From the human T2T-CHM13v2.0 reference genome, Homo sapiens, in assembly GCF_009914755.1 (NCBI RefSeq), contig NC_060934.1: a stretch of 64,000 nt of DNA; one strand, written 5' to 3'. Below are positions 53,016-64,000 of the stretch, piece by piece. Within the stretch, counting starts at the first letter, position 1. Every line of letters begins with the position of its first letter. Made by a program: the position numbers and the translations under genes. The notes under the pieces are model-generated. The model was not told the DNA's origin, searched no databases, and saw nothing but the letters and a program-made list of their open reading frames with translations.

Positions 53016-54960
53016 ACCTTTCTGGGATACTAGGTCTAAAGTTTTCCAAAAATACGCTATAGGGCACTTAAAGGGCCCTAGATCTTGGGCTAAGACTCCC
53101 AAAGCTATTCCCCTTCATTTGTGTACATTCAAAAATAAAGGCCTAGTCATATCTGCTAGGGCTAAGACTGGGGCTGAGATTAAAGCCTGTTTTTAAGTGT
53201 TTAGAGCATGCTTCATAACATTAGTCTAGGAAAGAGGTTGCTCCTCAGTTCCCTTGAGGGATTCATATAAAGGTTTTGCTATTAATCCAAAGGAAGGAAT
53301 CCATATTCTGTAAAACCTGGCCATATCCAAAAAGGACCAAAGCTGTTGTTTAGTTCCTGGGGTTGTCACGTTTAAGATGATAAGATTTTTCCAAATGCTT
53401 AGGGGCTCTTTGTACTGAAGGTTAAAATAAGACCCAAAATTGAACCCTTTGTGTGGATATTTGTACCTTAGAAGGAGATACTTCGTAGCCACCATCAGCA
53501 AGTTTATTTAGTACTAATATTGTATTTTGGTCTAAAACAGCCTTGTTAGTACTACAGATTAGCAGGTCCATCCACATACTGCAGTAGATTGCTATCTGGG
53601 AGAAACTGCAGGGTAGACAGGTTTTTAGCTAGGGCCTATCCAAAATGGTGGGGGCTATCTCTGAATCCCTGGGACAGAACTGTCTAAGTTAACTTTGAGC
53701 TAGTTGAGTATCTGAGTCTTGCTATTCAAAAGCAAACAAAAATTGGCTATCTGGGTGTACAGGAATGCAGAAAAAGGCATCCTTAAGATCAAGTACAGTA
53801 AACCAAGCTGTGATGGAGAGAATTTGTCCAAAAAGAGTGTAAGGGTTTGGGACAATAGGATGAATAGGAATAACAGCTTCATTAACAATTCTAAGGTCCT
53901 GTACTAGTCAGTAGGAGCCATTTTTTTTAAAGTACAATTTCCATTTTATTTTTCTCCAGAGAATAGTCTGTCTTCAGTCTTTAAGGACTCAGCTCCTTAC
54001 ATGGGCTTTGGTGGGGGTCATGGGGCAGCACCCACAGGTCTAAGGGTGGGAGTGTTGGGTCCTTGAAGCCTTCATGAGATTGATTTCTGACTACTTTGCT
54101 GTGAATTGCACAACTCACACAGTAATGTAGCTTCATATACTGCTTGGAAAGCACATAGGCATTGAAGACCCTCGCTTCAAAAATGTCCCTGACTGCTGCG
54201 GGCTCCACTATGTTTCGAATGACAAATTTCTTAATAGCCTTGTCCTTGGGCATGCATCGGGCACAGTTCATGCAGCAAATAGGCTGCACATGGCTGTGGC
54301 CCTTTTTGGTGAGGCCGTTGTTCCTTTTCTTTGTCATCTTGGAGGCACGGACTGGAGAGAGGACATCTGGTTTCTTTACAGCTAAAATGGGAGTGTTGCA
54401 AGGTGAGTTGCTTGGGTGCAATAATCCATGGGTTGAAAACTTTGTTACTAGGGGCTGTAACCCTTTTTGTTCTTCTAGTTTCAAGGGCTATTGGGGGGTT
54501 CTGGGGAACTTATTGGGATTTTTAAGCTGAATGATAATAGGGGCAGCTGATATTGAATGACCAGGAATAAAAATATTCCAAAGCTCAAATGGCACTTGTT
54601 TTAGAATATGAGGTTCTATAGACTGCAGTGGCTCTTTTGGTGAAGTGTGAGTGAATACAGCTGCTAGAAGATGAGGTCTTAGCGGTAAATTGCTTGTAAC
54701 TTTGTAAGTCAGCATCTAATAATGAAACAGGATGGCTTGGCAGGACTAAAAAGAAGTGGGTGGGTAAAGGAATAGCCTTCCATTTTACAAGGGAGTGACA
54801 GTGTGAAATAGCCTCATTGGGGGTTTCCATCAATACCCATGAGGAAAATGGCGAACTGGCAATTTGGGCAGTAATAAACTTTTGAAGCTGAATAACTGGC
54901 CCCTGTATCTATGAGGAACATTATGTCTTGTTCAGCCACAGTCAGATTTACCTGAGGCTC
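53016..54960 (-). pseudogene. ERV pro-pol remnant (protease and RT), split by the RPS26 retrocopy
   Basis: FLIDTGAS near 54900; [10 protein letters not shown]|[15 protein letters not shown]; DLKDAFFCI; QQLWSFLDMARFYRIWIPSFGLIAKPLYE. Confidence 0.88.
53921..54363 (-). pseudogene. RPS26P40: Processed RPS26 (eS26) pseudogene
   Basis: Intronless [55 protein letters not shown]; ATG at 54337, ancestral TAA at 53997-99; pyrimidine-rich 5'UTR, AATAAA and A8 tail; late frameshift and many CpG-type substitutions. The number P40 is recalled, not verified. Confidence 0.93.
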
Positions 54961-57330
54961 ATCCATAGAGATGGAAAAGATAGGGGCTGGATGGATGACT
55001 TCTGAAAGTCATCTAGAGGATGACTTTCAGAGGATGACTTTCAGAAGTTGATCATAATCCAGGAATGGAGTTAGAGGTGCTTGGCCTTGTTGTTGCCCTT
55101 GTCCTTGTTCTGCAGAACCCCCTTGTTGGATAGGTTGGTAAGGCTTTGGCTGTTACAGCCCAGAAGGAAGAGGTGCCTCACCTCACGATGGGGAGAGGGA
55201 CTCTTGCTCTTCCAATGACCCTCTTGTCTGCAATAAGGACAGGGTCCCTGGGGTGACTTGTAACCTGGTGGTTTGGGACATCTGTACTTCAGTGTCTTGG
55301 ATTTCTGCAGTGATGACAGGCCCCCATTCTGTTAGCATTATAGGGACGAGCCTTGGGATTATTAGCTAATGAAAAAGAATGTGCCAATGCTGTTGCCATG
55401 TGATTATCTTGGCAATGGCATTTTTCCTCCTCCAATTGAGGCTTCTTTGTTTTTGATGTTTTCTCCCAGTTACTGAAAACCTTAAGGGCTGTATTTAATA
55501 AAGTACAAAAGGAGTTTTTGGGCCTTCCTCTAATTTTTGGATTTTTTGTCTGATGTCTGGGGAAGCCTGACTTATAAAGTGTACGGCTAGAATGAATTGG
55601 CCCTCAGGGCTTTTGGGGCCTAAATGTGTATATGTATGCATGGCTTCCACCAGCCTAGCTTGGAAAAGGGTGGAGTTCTCACATGGCTCCTGAGTGATTT
55701 CTTATAATTTAGAGAAATTAACAGGTTTTATTACAGCCTTTTTCATTCCTTCCAACAAACAATTTATCATATAATCTTGTCTGCCCCTGCCTCTGTTTGG
55801 GTCAGCATTGGCAGCCTGGTATTGCCAAATTGAGTTCTGTGTCAGGGACAAATTCTGCCCTGTCTCTATTATCATTAGGGTTACAAGCATGAGCTTCCTC
55901 TGCCCAAGCTCGAGCTAAAGACCGTACACATGATTTTTCTTCATGGGAACAGCAAGTAGTTAATACAATGAATATGTTTTTCCAGGTTAAGTCAAAGGTA
56001 ATAGTTAAAGCCCAAAATTCTTGAATGAACTTAGAGGGATGCTGGCTAAATGAAACCAATCTGGATTGAATTTGTGAGAATCAGAAATTGGAAATGAGAC
56101 ATGAACTCATTTGGTAGGTTATTTGTTACTGCCTAAATTCCAGAACTTATTATTGGTCTATTTAGGGATTCTATTTCTTCCTGGTTCAGTCTTGAGAGGG
56201 TGTATGTGCCCAGAAATGTATCCGTTTCTGCCAGATTTTCTAGTTTATGTGCATAGAGGTGTTTATAATATTCTCTGACAGTTGTTTGTATTTCTGTGGG
56301 GTCACTGGTGATAGCCCCCTTATCATTTCTGATTGTGTTTATTTGAATCTTCTCTCTTTTCTTATTAGTTTAGCTAGTGGTCTATCTATTTTATTAATTT
56401 TTCAAAAAACCAGCTCCTAGATTTGTTGATTTTTTGAAGGATTTTTCATGTCTCTATCTCCTTCAATTCAGCTCTGATCTTATTTTTTGTCTTCTACTAG
56501 CTTTGTGGTTTGCTCTTTGTTCTCTAGTTCTATTAGTTGTGATGTTAGGTTGTTAACTTGAGATCTTTCTAGTTTTTTGATGTGGGCGTTTAGTGCTATA
56601 ACTTTCCCCCTTAACACTACTTTAGCTGCATCCCAGAGATTCTAGTACATTGTATCTTTGTTCTCATTAGTTTCAAAGAACTTATTGATTTCTGCCTTAA
56701 TTTCATTATTTACCCCAAAAGTCACTCAGGAGCAGGTTGTTCAATTCCATATAGTTGTATGGTTTTGAGTGAATTTCTTAATCTTGAGTTCTAACTTGTT
56801 TGCAGTGTGGTCTGAGAGACTGTTTGTTATGATTTCAGTTCTTTTGCATTTGCTGAGGAGTATTTTACTTCCAATTGCGTGATTAATTTTAGAGCAAGTG
56901 CCATGTGGCAATAAGAATGTATATTCTGTTGCTTTGGGCTGGAGAGTTCTGTAGATATCCATCAGGTCCACTTGATCCAGAGCTGAGTTCAGGTCCTGCA
57001 TATCTTTGTTAATTTATTGTCTTGATGATCTGTCTAAATTGTCAGTGGGGTGTGAAAGTCTCCCACTATTATTGTGTGGGAGTCTAAGTATCTTGGAAGG
57101 TCTCTAAGAATTTGCTTTATGAATCTGAGTGCTCCTGTATTGTGTGCATATATATGTAGGATAGTTAGCTCTTCCTGTTGAATTGAACCCTTTACCATTA
57201 TGTAATGCCCTTCTTTGTCTTTTTTTGATGTTTGTTGGTTTAAAGTCTGTTTTGTCAAAAACTAGGATTGTGACCCCTGATTTTTTCTGTTTTCCATTTG
57301 CTTGGTAAAGTTTCCTCCATCCCTTGATTT

Positions 57331-57549
57331 TGAGACCAGCCTGGCCAACATGGTGAAACCCTGTCTCTACTAAAAATACAAAAATTAGCCAGGCATGGTG
57401 GCCCATGCCTGTAATCCCAGCTACTCAGGAGGCTGAGGCAAGAGAATCAATTGAATCCGGGAGGCAGAGGTTGCAGTAAGCCGAGATTGCGCCACTGCAC
57501 CCCAGCCTGGTGGCAAAGTGAGACTCTGTCTCAAAAAAAAAAAAAAAGA
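57331..57549 (+). mobile_element. 5'-truncated AluS inside the L1
   Basis: Starts at tgagaccagcctgg and ends in an A15 tail. Confidence 0.9.
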
Positions 57550-58358
57550 ATCAATCTGGTTGCTTTTTGATAGAGCAGCTATGCCGTGTGGGGGATCGGT
57601 CTGGGCTCTCCAAGGCCCACAGGCTGGACTGGTTGAGACACTGGAACAGCCAAGGTTGCAGCCTGCCCTGCCCCCTGAGCTCTCCATCCCAGGGAGAAAT
57701 TAGAACGCTGTCAGCCACAGAACACATGCAGGGGTGACCGGAGGCCCCCGTTGGGAGGTCCTGCCCAGTGAGGAGGGATGGACTGTAGTCTTGCTTAAAG
57801 AAGCCGTCTGGCCACACCCTGCCAAAACAGCCTTGTCATGCTGGAGAACCGCCTCTGCCCCTGTCGGTTTGGACTCTCCAAAGCCCATGGGCTGACTTGT
57901 CCAAACAACCAAGGTGGAAGCCCACCCCTCCCCCTGGGCACTCTGTCCCATGGAGAAATCAGAGCTCTGTCTGTAGAATACGTGTGGGTGGGGGTGGCTG
58001 GAAGCCTTGGCTGGGAGGTTCCACCCAGTGATGAGGAATGGATCAGGGTCCCACTTAAAGAAGCAGTCTGGCTATGTTCTGACAAAGCTGCTGTGCTGCA
58101 CTAGGGAAACCCTTCCTCATCTGGACTATTTGGACTCTCCAAAGCCCACAGGCTGGAACGGCTGAATCAACCAAACAGCAGGGCTGGTGGTGCACCCCTC
58201 CCGCAGGGAGCTCCAGCCCAACTCGGGCAGGCTCGACCCTGTTACCAGTGGCTGGCTAAAATACCTTGTGAGGTGCCGTGGAAGTGGGTCCTACAGACTA
58301 GTGCTGCTTGACTCCCTGAATTCAACGCCCTTCCTAGGGGCATGTATGGACCTCCTAA

Positions 58359-58970
58359 TGATACAGGAGTTAAAAAGAAATTACTTAGGCAGATAGTGAG
58401 GGCACGGAAGTCGTCGATAACATTTTCCTTTTAATGAAAGGCAGCTCCAAATCATTTTTCTTCTGAACAAAAAGCAGCCTCTAAAATCAAGCTGCAGACA
58501 TAGATGCCCGTGGTTGTGCCAATCATGTTCAAAATGGTGGCTCCATCTTCCCTTCTCTTTGCCAGCCATGTATACAGTAAGGAGCAGACAAGATGGCGCT
58601 GGCCAAGGGGAGAGTCCATTTGCATAAGATTAGGGTGGAGTGGACAGTCTTCCCCATGTGCTATGGAAACATCACACCCGATCAAACCAATCCGTGGGCC
58701 CCACGTAAATCAGCCACTGCCTCTCAAGCCTGCCTATAAAATCCCGCACACTCCATCACCAGCTGGTCTTTCCTTTCGGAAGCTCCTCTCTCTTTAGTGA
58801 GAGAGAGAGGAAGCCTTGGCTGGGAGGTCCCACCCAGTGATGAGGAATGTTCTCCTTTCTCTTTCTTTTGCCTATTAAACCTCTGCTCCTAAACTCCTTG
58901 TGTGTGTCAATGTCCTAAATTTTCTTGCCACGAGACTCTGGGTTTTACCCCAGACAATGAAGCCACTTCA
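58359..58970 (+). mobile_element. ERV1 solo LTR (LTR43-like) inside the L1 5'UTR
   Basis: TGATACAGG...CCACTTCA termini, TATAAA and ATTAAA; related to the LTR at 28733. Confidence 0.82.
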
Positions 58971-60438
58971 CTGCCTTGCCTGAGCTGCAGATACCTTTGT
59001 TGGGGATCCCGGGGCTGGAGTATGTAAAACTCCTGGGTCTCTGTGTGTGCCTGAGCAGCTGCTCTGCCAAGACTACACAGATCTGTGTGTTGGACCTAAG
59101 GCCCTGGTGGCATGGACTCATGAGGGGAGAATCACGGTTTCCCAGGGTTGCACAATCACTCACCACTTCCCTTGGCTGGGGGCAGGGGTTCCCTTGGCTC
59201 CGTGTTGCTCTTGAGTGGGTCATCGCCCCACCCTGCTTTTCTTCATTCTCTGTGGGTAGAATTGTTTCCCTGATCAGTCCCAATGTAGGACCTGGATATT
59301 TCAGTTGAAGGTGCTATATTCACTTGCTCCTTTCGTTCCTCTCCCTGAGTGCCTCAGATGGCAACTGCTTCAAATCGGCCATCTTGGCGAAGGCTCCACA
59401 TGAGCTCAAATTGTCCGCAAATCTCCATTTGCCACCTCACAGAGAGGCAAAATATTTTGGGGATTTTCTGAGGACTCTGTACTAGTGGCATATGTGACTC
59501 CTGTGCGAGTATGTGAGGGGGATAATGTATCTGGATATGGAGGGATTGACTAGGGGATGGAGCAGATGGAGAGGGTGTAGATGAAGTAGTAACAGGCTGA
59601 GAAGAGAGTAACAGACAAAAGGGAGGATCATCTAAGACATTAGAATTGGGGAGAGAGGAAGTTCCTTGGAAGCATACATGACAATTTTTAATGTAATTCT
59701 GGGTTTGGGGATAAAGCGAAAAAGACCTAAGGGACCTCTGAATCCTTTCTGGGGTTATGGCAAAATGAGTCTAGTTGTAAAATAATATTCCAATCCAGGG
59801 TCCCATTAAGAGGACAATTTAAATTATTGGGGCGCTTATATTGAACCCTTACAAAAGAAAATCATACACTTCTTTCTGAGAGTTTGTGGGTCAAAATGGG
59901 ACCACTTTTTAAGAATGCAAGCCAAGGGTGAATCAGATGGAATGGAAGAATGAATCGAATCCATGTTGGGTGTTGATAAGGGACTACAAGATCTCTGAGG
60001 CATCCCTAAGGGATCTGGACCTCTCTTTTCCCTTTGGCTCACTCTATTCAGGGGTGTCTCACCACAAATAGAGGGCCTGCCCTTGCCTGGATGACCAGTC
60101 CAAGCATGCTCTTGTTTGAGTGGTCAGCTTGAACCTAATGTGAAGCAGAACTTACCTATAATTTGGGATGCGGTGCCTGTGATGAAGTTGAATCCAAAAT
60201 GGGGTCCACAACCAGTAGACTGTGTCTGTGCAGAGTTGAGATTGCTGCTGCTTGTTTCAAGGCATGGTTTAGACTATTAAAGTGAAAGTGGACTTGCTAC
60301 CCTGGCGGGCAATAGTGAATTCACTCTTTTGTCTTTGCCTTCAGGTAACACCCAGGAGTGCCCTCAGCCAGAAACCCTCAATTGCCAAAGAGTACTCAAG
60401 CTGTTTCACTGGCAGTCTGAAAATAGAAAAGAACCCTG

Positions 60439-60846
<408 letters not shown>

Positions 60847-60878
60847 TCAGTTCCTAAGAGTAAAGAACCAGACCATCA

Positions 60879-61018
60879 GGCCGGGTACAGTGGCTCATGC
60901 CCGTAATCCCAACACTTTGGGAAGCCAAGTTGGACATTTCACATGAGGCCAGGAGGTCGAGAGCAGCCTGGCCAACATGGCAAAACCCTCTCTCTATAAA
61001 AAACAAGATAATAAAAAT
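60879..61018 (+). mobile_element. Diverged Alu left monomer (FLAM/AluJ-like) in the ERV leader
   Basis: Single monomer followed by an A-rich tract. Confidence 0.8.
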
Positions 61019-61061
61019 CGAGGGAAGCAGGGAGAAAAAAGAAGGGAGAAATCCCAGTAAA

Positions 61062-61080
61062 GTCCCCATATGGGTCACCA
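61062..61080 (-). other. ERV primer binding site, tRNA-Arg(CCG)-like
   Basis: TGGTGACCCATATGGGGAC 3 nt after the LTR's terminal CA, versus expected TGGCGACCCAGATGGGAC (recalled tRNA 3' end). Confidence 0.7.
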
Positions 61081-61083
61081 AGA

Positions 61084-61586
61084 TGCTGGGCGAGGTGTCA
61101 GAGCCCTAGCATTGGAAAGTAGTCAACTCATGGGTTGGTAAGAAGAATTTACCAACAACAGTATAGGTTTGAAAAAGGAAATTTTCATTAGAAAGAACGC
61201 TGCAGAAGAGTGTAGCAGGGCTCCTCTGCCAGAGAGGACTGAGCACACCCGGGTGGATTTTCCTGAGGGGTATTTATGGACCTTAAGGCGGGAGCTTAAG
61301 GGTAATTTGGATCATATTAGCCATGTGGGTCATGGTAAATGATTACATTTGTCAACATTTTGGTGCCTTAATGTCATCAAGGGTTGCACAGTGAGTTTCA
61401 GCATGGCATTCGGAGATGTATAGAAATTACAGTTACTTGTGAATTCTTTTTTTTTTTTTTGAAAGAGGCCTGAAAACAGAGGCCAACTGTAGATACTAGG
61501 GACGTTTATTTCTAAATTCCCCAGAAAAGGAGTTTTGCCTACTGATGGCCTGTTAGATGCTCACCAGGTGATCTTTGATCTCCTCA
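61084..61586 (-). repeat. ERV 5' LTR (503 bp, likely truncated at the outer end)
   Basis: Homologous to 51368-51954; adjacent to the PBS. Confidence 0.85.
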
Positions 61587-63046
<1,460 letters not shown>

Positions 63047-64000
63047 AGTGTAGCTTTAATTTGCATTTCTTTACTGAGTGAGGTTGACTTTTCATGTGTT
63101 TAAATGCTATTTGTATGCATTTTTGTGACCTTTGCTCATTTTTCTATTGGTTTGTTAGTTCGTATACGGATAGATGGATTCATGTATTAGAGAGATTATC
63201 GCTTTGTAATACGAGTAATTAAAATACTTTTTTTTAGTTTGTTGTTTTCCTATTGACTTTGCCTATGCAGTGAACTGTCTTGCTAAACTGCTACTGTGCT
63301 GAGGACTTGCTCACCTGCCTTTGGAGGTCAGAGAGGGTAGCTCATTTCAACTCACTCTGCTTTGGCGGGCTCTCATTTAACCTCATGAAAGAGTCCACAG
63401 AACGGAGGCCAGAAGCCTGGGCTCCAGAGTTACTCAGGCCTGCCATTCTCTATGTGACCTTAAACCAAATTTTGACAACTCCTGACCTCAGTTTCCTCAT
63501 CTGTAAAATAGAAATAATAATTCTTCTAACTTTATGTAGCTGTTTGATGATTAAATAAGATAATGCATATAAGATCATTTAGCACAGAGTGTGATCCACA
63601 GTAAAGGTATGATGCATAGTATTTGCTTTTTAATTATTAGTGTTTACCAAGATCAAGCTAATGTTGCGTGAATGGCTGCTGTTTTTTCCTGATGCCACTC
63701 CCCATCAGAGTACAGGAGAAAATCCTATGACCACATGCTGTTGGCTCACCTGCTATGTCTTTTTTGCTTTGTGCATGGAGTTCTGGATTGCGGCCAGTAC
63801 CATTGAGTGTTTTGATGAAGGTTGGCTGCTCCGAGAGTTTGAATTTTTGCCAGGCTCTTTGGGTACATCTATCATAGCATTCTTTGTGCCTTTATTGTCC
63901 TGAGCTCTGCATGACTAGCCTTCTGATGGTCTTTCAGAAAAGAGAAAAGGAAAGAATGGAGGCATGGTTAAAGACCCCACATGGCTCACTCACCTGTTTC

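Larger units (their letters stand above)
56110..59397 (-). mobile_element. Older primate L1 (L1PA13-16/L1PB-like): 5'UTR plus ORF2 EN region, no ORF1, 3'-truncated
   Basis: 5' end CCAAGATGGCCGA near 59385; ~250-bp 5'UTR repeats; [24 protein letters not shown] motifs; TSD acatgaactca / acatgagctca. Confidence 0.85.
55100..59963 (-). pseudogene. ERV gag remnant, split by the L1 (parts 55100-56109 and 59398-59963)
   Basis: MA start MDSIHSSIP; CA segments FSQHPSKFIQEF and DYMINCLLEGMKKA; MHR; zinc knuckle CPYCRQEGHW. Confidence 0.85.

Noticed and set aside
57550-58200. ~250-bp repeats as a CRISPR-like or novel array
   Set aside because: Degenerate tandem units of an older L1 5'UTR; no repeat-spacer structure, and the DNA is eukaryotic

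Overview
Human (Alu-rich primate) genomic DNA that I recognise as the 10q22.1 ADAMTS14-TBATA interval; it is not prokaryotic. Bases 744-20606 (+) hold the last 11 coding exons of ADAMTS14 (end of TSR1, Cys-rich, spacer, three TSRs, PLAC, Pro-rich tail). All introns are GT-AG and phase-consistent, and the 3'UTR runs to about 22190. Bases ~31070-45230 (-) hold the whole convergent TBATA gene: 9 coding exons summing to 1056 nt (351 aa) plus 2 inferred non-coding 5' exons and an RFX X-box at the likely TSS. Bases 47200-63300 are a nested retroelement stack. An old L1M hosts a degenerate two-LTR class I ERV (Arg-tRNA PBS, gag/pro/RT/env remnants). The ERV's RT holds a processed RPS26 pseudogene, and its gag holds a 5'-intact, 3'-truncated L1 that carries a solo LTR and an Alu-associated deletion. 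I found no evidence of a wholly new biological system. The best leads are unusual retroelement events, the L1-derived TBATA start exon and several splice-site oddities. Exon coordinates were read base by base. Repeat boundaries are approximate, and subfamily names come from recalled consensus sequences.
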